Under the pieces are notes generated by a model that was given only the letters and a program-made list of their open reading frames with translations, did not search any database and was not told the origin of the DNA. 64,000 nucleotides of DNA from Candidatus Bathyarchaeia archaeon. Its GTDB lineage: Archaea > Thermoproteota > Bathyarchaeia > TCS64. The stretch lies in assembly GCA_050014495.1 (NCBI GenBank), contig JBEKDF010000008.1:1-64000 (forward strand), given 5' to 3'. The number at the start of each line of letters is the position of its first letter. Within the stretch, counting starts at the first letter, position 1. Below, piece after piece: positions 1 to 9,684 of this stretch. Made by a program: the position numbers and the translations under genes.

Positions 1-149
1 TATCCTTCGAGGCCCATTTCCTTCACGGCTGAGAAACCATGGGCCATCACGACTGCGGGTGCCTTCTGATTGTTCGCAATATTGTTGGGTTTGAACAGCC
101 ATCCCTTGCAGCTTAATCCGTTACTTGAGAATGTTACATTCTTTCGCAA
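1..149 (-). CDS. Alpha/beta hydrolase, N-terminal part (runs off window)
   Basis: Hand translation from TTG at 149: MRKNVTFSSNGLSCKGWLFKP...APAVVMAHGFSAVKEMGLEG; typical AB-hydrolase N-terminus with HGF motif; not in ORF track. Confidence 0.8.
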   Translation of the reverse strand, partial: MRKNVTFSSNGLSCKGWLFKPNNIANNQKAPAVVMAHGFSAVKEMGLEG

Positions 150-242
150 GTTATGCCGCCTAAATGGTGATCATCCTTCAATTCTAATTTAATTCTTCGC
201 ACTCATGCCTAGTAATTTGAGATCAATTATACAATCAAAGTC

Positions 243-284
243 GAGTATCAGGTGGAAGTGAGGATAAGACTATGGTTTTTTTTT
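243..284. repeat. Dispersed intergenic repeat, copy A
   Basis: 243-275 matches 4491-4524 (GAGTATCAGGTGnAAGTnnGGATAAG..CTATGG); 259-284 matches 1170-1195 at 24/26 nt. Confidence 0.75.
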
Positions 285-619
285 GAGAGCTGGGTACTGA
301 CTAAAAAATCTTTAAACTGCCTACGATGCTGAAGCTGAGTGTACATCTTTCTCTCAGTTATTTTAGACCCGTAGCGAATCAGGGTCAGAATCGGTTAGGT
401 AGCAGAGATGTCAGGGCAGATAAGAAATAGATTGCGCCAGAGGAAAAATAGGCTACAAATCGCGCATATGTAACAGAAGCTACAGCAAGACATAGGCGTC
501 GCTATAACTAGCTAGGGGGGTTTACATCCTAAAATGTACCGTGAAACTATAACGAAAATGGGGAAAATGAGGGATGAAATAGGGCTTGTTTAAAGAGCTT
601 CAACGATAACAATTTCGTT

Positions 620-1099
620 CTATTTAAGGAAATTGGGTTCCTTTTCTCTGCGACGGCTAATATTGCCCTTCAACATAGCGATTTGTCCTGAATGTTGAAC
701 GGCCCCTAAAAGGTATGTTGTTAACATATCTATTCTCTTCCGTGGGCCATGACCGAGGTCTATACTCGCATCCAGGTCCGCGGGCTTAAGCAAGTCAAGA
801 CCAGCTAGCACTGCAACTTTTCCCTTCTCTAGGTCATTGAAAAGCTTCGTCAGGTCATGATTAATCACGTTGTAGTCGTCAGGCCAATCGGCTGGCTTGT
901 ATTTGGTGTCTCCTTTTATCATCATTGGAAATCTAACATTCCATTCTGCGGAGAGATGTGTAAGAATCCATCTCATGTTATTAGACTCTGGCACTGGCCG
1001 CCACTCAATCTCTTTTTCTGTAATGTTTTTGAATACTCTGTCGCATTGCGCGAAGGCGTTTTCAGCCAAGAATTTCAGCATATCTTTCTTTTCAGACAT
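620..1099 (-). CDS. DinB/YfiT-like four-helix bundle protein
   Basis: W-R-P...NNMRWILTHL and QHSGQIAML His motifs. Confidence 0.8.
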   Translation of the reverse strand: MSEKKDMLKFLAENAFAQCDRVFKNITEKEIEWRPVPESNNMRWILTHLSAEWNVRFPMMIKGDTKYKPADWPDDYNVINHDLTKLFNDLEKGKVAVLAGLDLLKPADLDASIDLGHGPRKRIDMLTTYLLGAVQHSGQIAMLKGNISRRREKEPNFLK

Positions 1100-1169
1100 T
1101 TCTACAACTCACTATACTAGATTACTGTCTAAGGTTAATAGACTTGGGTCTATAGACTCGCAGCGGAGC

Positions 1170-1195
1170 TGAGGAAAAGATTATGGTTTTTTTTT
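1170..1195. repeat. Dispersed intergenic repeat, copy B
   Basis: TGAGGAAAAGATTATGG(T)9 vs TGAGGATAAGACTATGG(T)9 at 259-284. Confidence 0.7.
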
Positions 1196-1426
1196 AGAAA
1201 CTGCCCGCCCTTAACCCCTGCTTCCCTGCTTACAGCGGGCTTCGCGTTGCTGTTGATAGGAAGTCGGTAACATCTCAGATAAATGATTCAGGAAAAACTA
1301 ATATTTTCAGGGGCTTGAGCCTCGTAGGCGAACTTGAAAATAAAGACTCCGACACAATTTCGTATCATCATAATGGAAACTTGAATAATGAATATGAGGT
1401 AAAAATCGGAATCCAGTTCGACGAAG

Positions 1427-1626
1427 ATGAGATTGAAGCACTTCATCAGATCCACCAACGTCGGCGACGTGATCAGAGACGGTATCCGTAAGGCTGGTTT
1501 CCCGTGGAGGCACTACGTGCTCCGGTCATACTTTGACACTGAGATGATGCTCGCTGAGTCTAAGGGGTTGGTGCTTCGTGATTATCGTCAGTTCTGGATG
1601 GGTCATAAGGGTGACATTGAGCATCG
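1427..1626 (+). pseudogene. Internal fragment of an archaeal tyrosine recombinase/integrase
   Basis: YVLRSYFDT (box II-like) and FWMGHKGDIE motifs; no N-terminal part; similarity appears to stop where the catalytic Tyr is expected. Confidence 0.75.
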
Positions 1627-1652
1627 TGCGTATATCTGGTTAGCTAGCGTAC

Positions 1653-2642
1653 CTAGATTTTGGCTACATTGATTGTCTCAGGAGTAAAAAGGTCCTCCAA
1701 CTTGAAGGGGGACTCTATGAGCCCTTGCTCCTCGGAGTAACCGATGAAAGCTTCAAGGGTCTTGCGGTTTGCATCTATACCGTAGGACCAATAGTCCTCA
1801 CCCATGATCCGCGTTGTCTCCTCCAGCTCAGGTATCATCCAGGGCAGCATGTACCGGAGGGCGCTCTGCATACTCATCTCCCGGGTACAGATATCCTTGC
1901 TCTCTGCGAAGGCCTTGTATAGGGTGTAGGCGAGCCATGGGCATTCTTCGTAGATTCTACGTTTCAGGACGATGAGGTGCATTATGGGGAATATCCTTGT
2001 CCTCTGATAGTACTTAGTCTCAACCTCCCTGTAGTTGGGGAAGAGGCGGGTGACATTAGGTGACTTGTTGCGGAAGCTATTCGGCTCCCTGGCGCCGATA
2101 AGGGCATCAATCTCACCCTTGTCCAACATTTCGCTCAGGGTACCGGTCTCAGTGTGGGTGACCTGTAAGCCCTCGATAGGCTTTGTGGTAACTCTCTGCT
2201 TTCTCCCCGGCTCGTTGAGCCCGCCAGTGACCCAATGTAGATCGGTGGGCTTAACGCCGTAGTCATGCTCGAGGAAGCCTCTGATCCAGGTGTTGGCGGT
2301 CATGGTGTAGTCTGGTACGCCGACCCTTCTACCTTTCAGGTCCTCAGGATGCCTGATCCCGGAGTGACTGTTGATGAATATGGAGGAGTGACGGAAAAAT
2401 CTGGATGGGAATACAGGAATTCCCACGAAGCGGTGGTCTCCCATCCCCTTGAGTATGGACATCGCGCCTAGAGAAAACTCTGAGGCATCGAACTCCCCGT
2501 GGACAGCCATCCTCCAGAAGAGCTCCTCGGGGGGCAGAGTGATATAGTTCAGGTCGACCCCCTCAGGCTGGACTTGTCCATTCGCCAGAGGCCAGGTTCG
2601 GTCGTATGGCCCACAAGCTAATGTGATCTTTACCTTCGCCAT
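1653..2642 (-). CDS. 4,5-dihydroxyphthalate decarboxylase-like (periplasmic-binding-protein fold) protein
   Basis: LACGPYDRT, EFDASEFS, PVFPSRFFRHS and FPIMHLIV motifs characteristic of this family. Confidence 0.8.
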   Translation of the reverse strand: MAKVKITLACGPYDRTWPLANGQVQPEGVDLNYITLPPEELFWRMAVHGEFDASEFSLGAMSILKGMGDHRFVGIPVFPSRFFRHSSIFINSHSGIRHPEDLKGRRVGVPDYTMTANTWIRGFLEHDYGVKPTDLHWVTGGLNEPGRKQRVTTKPIEGLQVTHTETGTLSEMLDKGEIDALIGAREPNSFRNKSPNVTRLFPNYREVETKYYQRTRIFPIMHLIVLKRRIYEECPWLAYTLYKAFAESKDICTREMSMQSALRYMLPWMIPELEETTRIMGEDYWSYGIDANRKTLEAFIGYSEEQGLIESPFKLEDLFTPETINVAKI

Positions 2643-2648
2643 CTTTGA

Positions 2649-4373
2649 TCACCTTATATCTTCAATTCGGTTCCCAGGTGCTTTGTACACGAACTCGCCG
2701 TTTAACATCGTCATCTCCACCTTCATGTCTTTGAGCTTCTCCGTAGGCGCAGAATACAGGTCAGTGTCCCATACCACAAGGTCAGCGTATTTCCCTTGCT
2801 CGAGTGAACCGATCCTATCCTCCATGAAGAGGTGCTTCGCATTCCATATGGTGTACGTTCTCAGGGCCTCCTGGACTGTGAGTCTCTCCTCGGGGCAGAT
2901 CACGTTTCCCTCGAAGGTCTCTCGGGTCACCGCCGCCCAAAGGCCGATACTTGCTGATATGGGTCCCGACGGATAGTCGTGGCTGTTCCCCACAGGGATC
3001 CCCTTCGAGATTAAGGTCTTCAGAGGTTTGACGCAAGCGCCCCTCTCCATGCTGAGGAATCGAATGTAAATGTCGCCCTCGAAGTGGATGAAGGTCGACT
3101 GAACGTTGGCCATGACGCCGAGCTTCTTAACACGTTCTATGGCTTCAGGCGTCGGGTAGTAGATGTGGATAATCTGGTGGCGGGGGTCGGGTCGGGGGTT
3201 GAGATTCATCGCGTTCTCTATACCGTCGAGAACCCAGTCGATGGCCTTATCGCCTATCGTGTGTGCGCACGTCTGGAAACCTGCGTTGTGGAAGAGTCGG
3301 ATCGCCTCCATGAGGTCCTCCTTATTCCACTTCGTGCGGCCATAGTTCTCGGGCTCCCCGACGTAGGGCTCGTAGAAGTAGCCAGTTTTCGGTACGACGC
3401 CGCCGTCTAAGCTGAGTTTGACTCCACCGACCCTGAACATGTCGTCTCCGTAAGTGGATATATGCTGTATAGTCTCCTCCGTCTGCTGCACCGTCCTCAC
3501 GAAGCCATAGAGGGCGTAGACTCTCGCGGTGAGCTCACCCCTCATCCGAGTGTTCTCGTATGCGACGAGGTCATCCGGTTCCGCTGCGCCTACCGCGGCG
3601 TCGACGACGGTCGTCATCCCCTCAGCGTTGTAGTCGTGGCAGGCCTTGACGATGGCCTCCTCCTTCCTCCTAGTTGTGACCTTAGGCATCATTTCCTCGT
3701 AGGGGTTGGCTGAGGGGAGGATCGTCAGGAATACTCCGGTGGGCTCACCGTCCTCATCCTTGTACACCTTCCCGTACTCCGGGTCAGGTGTATCCCTGCT
3801 AACCCCAGCCAATTTGAGGGCAAGACTGTTGGAGGCAACCTTCTGGTAGACCCTGCCGAGGTAAACCGGGTTATCGGGGGCCGCCCTGTCGAGGTCCCAA
3901 CGATTGGGATACCTCTTCTCCTTCAGGAGATTCTCATCCCAGCCCCATCCGAATATCCATTCACCCTTCGGAGTCTCCTTGGCCTTATCCGAGACAGCGT
4001 CGACTATGTCTTGAATGGATTTGACCTTAGGGTACCATAGGTCAATCCCAAACAATGCGTTTAGGCCGTATCTGAGGAAGTGCTCATGTGATGTTATGAG
4101 CCCGGGAGTAACACATCTGCTATCTAGATTAATCAGCTTCGTCTGTTTGCCAAGGTATCGTTTTACGCCTTCGTCTGTTCCAACATAAGCGATTCTACCA
4201 TATTTAACAGCAATAGCTTGAGCGATGCTGTCCTTCTCATCGACGGTGATTATCTTCCCGCCTCGAAGGATTGTATCGGCTCCGATTGTCTCTGCTATCT
4301 GTGGAAGGTCGTTAACCCAACTCATCTTTAACCAGGTTATCGGTGCCTTATTAGCCGATAATACTTTTGACAT
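2649..4373 (-). CDS. YtcJ-like metal-dependent amidohydrolase (amidohydro_3)
   Basis: PGLITSHEH, HTIGDKA, HQIIH, GSLEQGKYADLVV; true start may be slightly downstream. Confidence 0.88.
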   Translation of the reverse strand: MSKVLSANKAPITWLKMSWVNDLPQIAETIGADTILRGGKIITVDEKDSIAQAIAVKYGRIAYVGTDEGVKRYLGKQTKLINLDSRCVTPGLITSHEHFLRYGLNALFGIDLWYPKVKSIQDIVDAVSDKAKETPKGEWIFGWGWDENLLKEKRYPNRWDLDRAAPDNPVYLGRVYQKVASNSLALKLAGVSRDTPDPEYGKVYKDEDGEPTGVFLTILPSANPYEEMMPKVTTRRKEEAIVKACHDYNAEGMTTVVDAAVGAAEPDDLVAYENTRMRGELTARVYALYGFVRTVQQTEETIQHISTYGDDMFRVGGVKLSLDGGVVPKTGYFYEPYVGEPENYGRTKWNKEDLMEAIRLFHNAGFQTCAHTIGDKAIDWVLDGIENAMNLNPRPDPRHQIIHIYYPTPEAIERVKKLGVMANVQSTFIHFEGDIYIRFLSMERGACVKPLKTLISKGIPVGNSHDYPSGPISASIGLWAAVTRETFEGNVICPEERLTVQEALRTYTIWNAKHLFMEDRIGSLEQGKYADLVVWDTDLYSAPTEKLKDMKVEMTMLNGEFVYKAPGNRIEDIR

Positions 4374-4490
4374 TGATCGGCGCGCGCACTTTTACTTCGG
4401 TACGCCGGGGGTGGGGTTATCGAGCAGCGCGCGCCACCATATAGTAGACAGCCTGAACCTCAGCTAGATCAACTATAAGATCTCACGGTT

Positions 4491-4524
4491 GAGTATCAGG
4501 TGCAAGTTTGGATAAGGTCTATGG
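4491..4524. repeat. Dispersed intergenic repeat, copy C
   Basis: 29 of 34 aligned columns identical to 243-275. Confidence 0.75.
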
Positions 4525-4734
4525 AAAGAGGGGTCACATAACCAACCTAATATCAAGATCATTGACTTTGCCACGATTCAGAGAAAGCACACCCTCCTTC
4601 TCCTCACCGAGTAAGCCATTCATCTTGAGGGACCTCCTCATCCTACGGAGAGACTTTACCAGCGCGCGACGCTTGTCTATTCTGTAAGTTACACACGCAG
4701 CAATAAGTGAAACTTACGTGTTTATCCAAACGCT

Positions 4735-4974
4735 ATGGGAGAACAGGATCATCATCTTGAGGCTTGGAATGAAATCTTGCCTCACTGGGTACTTGATCCT
4801 AACGTAAAAAGTTTCCTAGAGTCCGAGGGGATCGAGTTGATTATTGTCCTCGACGAGAAATTCCTAAGTGAGACTCCTATTAAACCCCTAATCATTCTCC
4901 GTGGCATGAAGTCATCAAGTGATTGCATCCAAGCCAAGGAAAACATCTTCGATAAGTGGGAGTTACTCGAATAG
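4735..4974 (+). CDS. Small hypothetical protein
   Basis: 79-aa ORF with protein-like composition in an otherwise empty gap. Confidence 0.5.
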   Translation: MGEQDHHLEAWNEILPHWVLDPNVKSFLESEGIELIIVLDEKFLSETPIKPLIILRGMKSSSDCIQAKENIFDKWELLE

Positions 4975-4997
4975 CATGTGCGTGTTGCTTCGTCTAG

Positions 4998-5768
4998 TCA
5001 TGCGCGCGCGCATTCAATTTTGAATAGAGTTTTAGCATTTTTAATGGTGGCCCTCTCAACATCGTCTACGGGTAACCCCTTCAACTCTGCGAGATGCTTG
5101 AGTGTGAATAGTACGTCCGCTGGCTCCGACTGCCTGCTCTGGCTCTTGATCCAGACCGGCGAGTCTGTCTCGACTAGAATACTCTCTAGGGGCGCCTTCA
5201 TCATAGCCGCTCTCAGCTCCGCACTGACCTCGATAGCTGGTGTACATGATACGAGGTAGCCAGCGTCGAGAATACCTTCGAGTATGTCCAAGGGACCACT
5301 ATACCAGTGGAAGACACCCCTACCGGGGCCGTAACGGATCGCGAGGTCTAGGCAATCTCCCCAAGCTCCCCTACTGTGGATTGATACGGGTAGATCTAAT
5401 TCATGAGCGAGTCGTAGCTGACTCACGTAGAACTCTCGTTGTTTCTCCTTCTGTGCGGCATCCTTTCGAACCAGTTTATGCCAGTAGTCGAGTCCGATTT
5501 CACCAACAGCCACGCATTCAGAAAAGTTGGTACGGATTGTGTCAAGTGCCGTTTCTAGGCTTTGATTGAAAAACTCTGTAGGGTGTATACCGAGAGCAGC
5601 ATGGACGTACCCCCTGTATCTCCGGGAGAGCTCCAGCGTGCCCTCGCAGGTCGATATAGAGGCACTAACAGCGACTATGCCTGAAAGCCCCGCCTTCTTC
5701 GCCCTATCGACCACGGCGTCTCCTTCAGGCAGGTCTGCGAGGTGGGCGTGGGTATCTATTGGTGCCAA
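4998..5768 (-). CDS. tatD: TatD family deoxyribonuclease
   Basis: DTHAH, GIHP, GEIGLDY, HSR, HWYSG, ETDSP motifs. Confidence 0.95.
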   Translation of the reverse strand: MAPIDTHAHLADLPEGDAVVDRAKKAGLSGIVAVSASISTCEGTLELSRRYRGYVHAALGIHPTEFFNQSLETALDTIRTNFSECVAVGEIGLDYWHKLVRKDAAQKEKQREFYVSQLRLAHELDLPVSIHSRGAWGDCLDLAIRYGPGRGVFHWYSGPLDILEGILDAGYLVSCTPAIEVSAELRAAMMKAPLESILVETDSPVWIKSQSRQSEPADVLFTLKHLAELKGLPVDDVERATIKNAKTLFKIECARA

Positions 5769-5776
5769 TTTCTCGC

Positions 5777-6532
5777 CTACTCGCCCGACGCCCAGGTTAT
5801 CATCCTACGCCAGAGCTCCGTGTAGCCTTTCCACTCAGCGAATTCCCGAGGGCACCAGTGGGGACCAATGTCGCTCATCCAGGCAACCGCTCTACCTCTC
5901 CCGTGCCCTCCTACGATAAGCAGGGGGTCGGCTTGAACCGTTGCAAGGACCTCCACTCCCTTTTTCACCCTGACCCGGTTGTATCCTAACAGATACGGCC
6001 ACGTCTCCTCGAGACCATTCGTTATCACGTGCTCGGTCTTAACCACCTTTGGCTGGACGCCTTCAGGGCACTCAACACGATCGTCGTAAGGCTCAAGCTC
6101 AACCGGCAGCGCCTCTTCGACGGGGGAGCCATGATACCGCGCTGCACCGTTTATTCCCTGGTAGCTTAGGTAACCACCCGCCATGATTAAGCCGCCACCG
6201 CTCTGGACAAACTCTTCTAATAGACGTAGTCGGTTGGGGGTCCGCTCCCCGTTTACCCACGTCTTAGGATGCAGGAGGAAGGTATCGGCTCCTATGTCGC
6301 TCAAGATTATGACAGAGTAATCCTTGAGCTTCTCACCCTCAAGGGGGAAAACCGCCTGAGTCTCGTGGCCAGGCATGTGTACCCAGTCACACCAGCCATC
6401 CATTGCTCTTCTGAAATATGCCACGCCGGTATCATAGTCACCACTTACGAAGTTGTTGAAGCCCTTGTAGTGAGTCGTCACGCTGACCCAAGACTCTCCA
6501 ACAAGAAGCACCTTGCCAACCAAGCAGCGCAC
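5777..6532 (-). CDS. Glutamine amidotransferase-like protein (GATase1-like/DUF1355)
   Basis: VLLVGESW, ILSDIGADTFLLHP, GGGLIMAGGYLSYQG, SDIGPHWCP. Confidence 0.88.
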   Translation of the reverse strand: MRCLVGKVLLVGESWVSVTTHYKGFNNFVSGDYDTGVAYFRRAMDGWCDWVHMPGHETQAVFPLEGEKLKDYSVIILSDIGADTFLLHPKTWVNGERTPNRLRLLEEFVQSGGGLIMAGGYLSYQGINGAARYHGSPVEEALPVELEPYDDRVECPEGVQPKVVKTEHVITNGLEETWPYLLGYNRVRVKKGVEVLATVQADPLLIVGGHGRGRAVAWMSDIGPHWCPREFAEWKGYTELWRRMITWASGE

Positions 6533-6606
6533 CTAAAATGTAGAATCAACGAGTAGATAAAAAACCGAGGCTTATTGAAGCCCTAAAATCTAGAAACTGT
6601 AGATGA

Positions 6607-6876
6607 TTAGTCCCTGATACCCTCTAGGACGCTGATTGCATTCCAGATCCTCGTCCGACTATACATGGGCATATTCGGATCCTGGCTGATGTCCTCTAGT
6701 AGGGAGATCGCGTTCGCCGCCCTTGCTCCGATACTCGGACCCTGATCCATAAGCATGTCCGACGCTTGCTTTGCGGCCCGGCGGATGTTCCTAGGGGTCG
6801 TGTTGTCGTCAGCGATCATGTTCAGGACACTCTGAGCCTGTTGAAGCTTCTTCGCATATTCCTCTTTACCAGACAT
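6607..6876 (-). CDS. UPF0147 family protein
   Basis: DNTTPRNIRRAA and DPNMPMYSRTRIW; ATG at 6876 preceded by GAGGTG. Confidence 0.92.
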   Translation of the reverse strand: MSGKEEYAKKLQQAQSVLNMIADDNTTPRNIRRAAKQASDMLMDQGPSIGARAANAISLLEDISQDPNMPMYSRTRIWNAISVLEGIRD

Positions 6877-6961
6877 AATCAACACCTCTGCAGGGCCTAC
6901 CGTGGGGGCCTTGAATTGCCTCAATAGAGTCGAGGAGCGGTTAAAAAACCTTCCACTTTAC

Positions 6962-7723
6962 CTATTCGTCATGCTCTAATAGGTAATCGGGTAGGTCTGC
7001 GACGCTGGGAAGAATCACATCAGGCTTGTTAACCTCCCAAGCCCTATCGGGACGTGGACCCGTCGCTACCCCTATGAAGTGACACTTTGCGTTAACGGCG
7101 CAGGTTGAGTCGATGTGATGGTCTCCTACTAGAAAGACTTCGTCCAAACCTAGCCCCATCATTTTAGCGGCGTGTATCATAGCCTCCGCATAAGGCTTGG
7201 GCTGGGGGGTCTCGCCTCGCCCTAGAATTAGCTCAAAATCGTCCGTCATGCCCGTCTTCTCTAGTGCCCTCACAGCGTATTCATGGTGACTCCGAGTCAG
7301 TATAGCTAGCCTGTAGCCCATCGTCTTCAGCTTGTGGATAGCCTCAGATGTACCAGGTATCATCGTCAGTGACTCAACCGCCTCAAGCTCCCCCTGGTCC
7401 ATGAGGTGAGTCATCTCATCGCGCAGCCAGGCTCTCTCAGTCTCGGGCTTACCCTGTTCCTCCCAGTACTTCTCGGCGTGCTCTAGTATGGCGACAGTAG
7501 TCATCTGAGGCGTAAGGATGTCTTTCGGGGCCCCATGCTCCTCCAAGACAGCTATCATGTTCCTCTTCATCTTTGGGAAGTCAACCTCTGAGTTAACCAG
7601 GGTGCCATCAAGGTCGAATACTATACCCTTGTACCTGCCCAAGCCAATCTCCGAACCATACGAGGTAGCCAACTTAACCTTTACCATAACTTGGGAACCC
7701 TTTTCCCCTCTACCTCTTAGCAT
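6962..7723 (-). CDS. HAD family hydrolase (phosphoglycolate phosphatase-like)
   Basis: FDLDGTL, KP, VGDHHID motifs; real start probably downstream of 7723. Confidence 0.9.
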   Translation of the reverse strand: MLRGRGEKGSQVMVKVKLATSYGSEIGLGRYKGIVFDLDGTLVNSEVDFPKMKRNMIAVLEEHGAPKDILTPQMTTVAILEHAEKYWEEQGKPETERAWLRDEMTHLMDQGELEAVESLTMIPGTSEAIHKLKTMGYRLAILTRSHHEYAVRALEKTGMTDDFELILGRGETPQPKPYAEAMIHAAKMMGLGLDEVFLVGDHHIDSTCAVNAKCHFIGVATGPRPDRAWEVNKPDVILPSVADLPDYLLEHDE

Positions 7724-7859
7724 ACTATTGCAAGGCTCTTGAAGGTCTCATGTAAAGAGCACAAATAGGCGAAGGTTATCAACTCAGAGAGGAGCCACAT
7801 GTGCGAGCAAGGAAAAAAGATGATCTGCCTAAAACCTACACGGAATATGTGAGTCCCGA

Positions 7860-8060
7860 TTGATGGTAAGGTGTTCGGAATGCAAATGGTCGAAGGAAAT
7901 CGATCCAGAGACTCGACTCTCACTCTCACACGAGAATAAGGAGATCTTAAATCGGCTGCTTAGGTCTAGCTATCGGATTAATGAGTTTCGGTACTGCCCG
8001 CATGAGGGTTACTTGGTCTCGAACATAGGTAAGACTGCTTGTGATAACTGGGAGGAATAA
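7860..8060 (+). CDS. Small Cys-containing hypothetical protein
   Basis: 66 aa, CxxC plus two further Cys. Confidence 0.5.
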   Translation: MMVRCSECKWSKEIDPETRLSLSHENKEILNRLLRSSYRINEFRYCPHEGYLVSNIGKTACDNWEE

Positions 8061-8176
8061 CTCCCAATTAGGGGAAGAAAACCAATCATGTCAATCTTTA
8101 CAAGTGAAAATAAGATACGATTATGGAAAAGGTAATCATCAGGAGACGATAAACAGTAAGTTCAAGAGTCGGGGTA

Positions 8177-8482
8177 GTGAATGGCAGTCTGGTAAACATG
8201 GATCGCCATCTCGTGGGCGCGCATCAGCGCTTCTCTGACTACTGCCATGAGCATGGCGTAGATGATAATGAGGCTGTAATAGCGATGACGGTGGCATGCC
8301 ACATCGATGACCTCCACATCATCGAGAAGCGGGGCTACAGCGCGGGGTCGCTCACCAAGGAGCCGAGTCACATCATGCAGGCGGCGGGTATCTTGAACGT
8401 CGGGAAGGGTAGTCAGCCTAGCAGGGTAGACTGGGTGAAGGTCAAGTATTACCTTAGCCTTGGAGAGAAGCTCCGGAAGTAA
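8177..8482 (+). CDS. Hypothetical protein (start uncertain)
   Basis: 101-aa ORF with coding-like composition; no family recognised. Confidence 0.45.
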   Translation: MNGSLVNMDRHLVGAHQRFSDYCHEHGVDDNEAVIAMTVACHIDDLHIIEKRGYSAGSLTKEPSHIMQAAGILNVGKGSQPSRVDWVKVKYYLSLGEKLRK

Positions 8483-8871
8483 ATCCCGGCAAGATGTTAA
8501 CCCTTCATATTCACGATTTAATTATCAGGCAGGACTGTGCACGCTCAACCAGAGAAATAATCAAATGCCAATTTCCATCTAATATCGTGCGCGCGAGTCT
8601 ATTTTGTCATGCGCGCGCATGTAACCAAAAAATTCGGAGAATAAAATGGAAGATTATGGATTTGTTCTATATAGAAGGAGACAACAACAGACAGCTACAA
8701 AGACTGGATAAGAGGAAGATGGAAGAAAAGAAACAATAAAATAAAGTTAGAGTTACTTTTGGTTTGGGAATAAGATTCTGGAGAAGTCGAGACCAGAAAA
8801 TAGTATCTCCACACCTAAAACGAGTTTCAGACCCTTGCAGTACGTCCTCACACTCGTGCGTACGAACGAAA

Positions 8872-9369
8872 TCACAGGTTTTTCTCGTAAAAGTAGCTGG
8901 TGTAGGTCTTCCCGTCAATCTCCTCCCTCGTCTCACGGATCCTAAAATAGCCATTCCCCTCGTATAGTTTGATTGCGGAGACCATGTGGTTCTCAGTGTC
9001 CACCAGTATCTTTCTGTATCCTTGTTTGAGGTAATACTCCTCCATATACCTGAGGAGAAGGGTCCCGTAGCCATTTCCCCTCTCAGACCTCCTGACACGG
9101 ACACGACTTAGGACAGGAGTGGCTCCTTTGCTGATCCTAATACCACCCATACCAACGACCTCTGAGCCTTTCTTAACGACCCAGAAGTTACCGTCTCCCT
9201 CCATATAGGAGCCATAGATGTCGTAGATGTCTGCGTTCCATTTGTGGAGCCTGGGGTCCCCTACGAACTCGGGGAAGAACTCCTCGATGAACTCATCTTG
9301 GAGTTCTAGGGCTACCCCCTGGTCTTTTTTTCGGAATGGCCGTACCTGAACTTGTGTCCGCTTGCCCAT
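8872..9369 (-). CDS. GNAT family N-acetyltransferase
   Basis: RVRVRRSERGNGYG acetyl-CoA loop, AIKLYEGNGY; start taken at MGKRT. Confidence 0.9.
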   Translation of the reverse strand: MGKRTQVQVRPFRKKDQGVALELQDEFIEEFFPEFVGDPRLHKWNADIYDIYGSYMEGDGNFWVVKKGSEVVGMGGIRISKGATPVLSRVRVRRSERGNGYGTLLLRYMEEYYLKQGYRKILVDTENHMVSAIKLYEGNGYFRIRETREEIDGKTYTSYFYEKNL

Positions 9370-9684
9370 CAGCTTTAACTCACATGTGAGGCCGATATTA
9401 TACATTCGGAGAATAATGTTCATTCTGAAATACAGAAACTAGTATTTGTCGAAGAGTGACTTGTGTGGTGGAAAAATGGACCCATTTCGGTCTGTGCGGA
9501 TAATCAAAGACGGTCAGAATCAACCAGATCCGCTCACAGCGATCAGTGGCATGCACGCTCGAAGCACACACCCGTTTTAGCTTATGAGACGGTTAAAAAT
9601 GCGCACTCACTCTAAGGAAGGTTGGTTCAATTCAGCGAAATTGAAGAAGGAATATGGGTTCTGTGGAACGAGTGCAGGAAAAAC

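Noticed and set aside
8123..8176. In-frame upstream extension MEKVIIRRR* of ORF 8177-8482
   Set aside because: No recognisable family to show the extension is real; a chance short ORF is equally likely.
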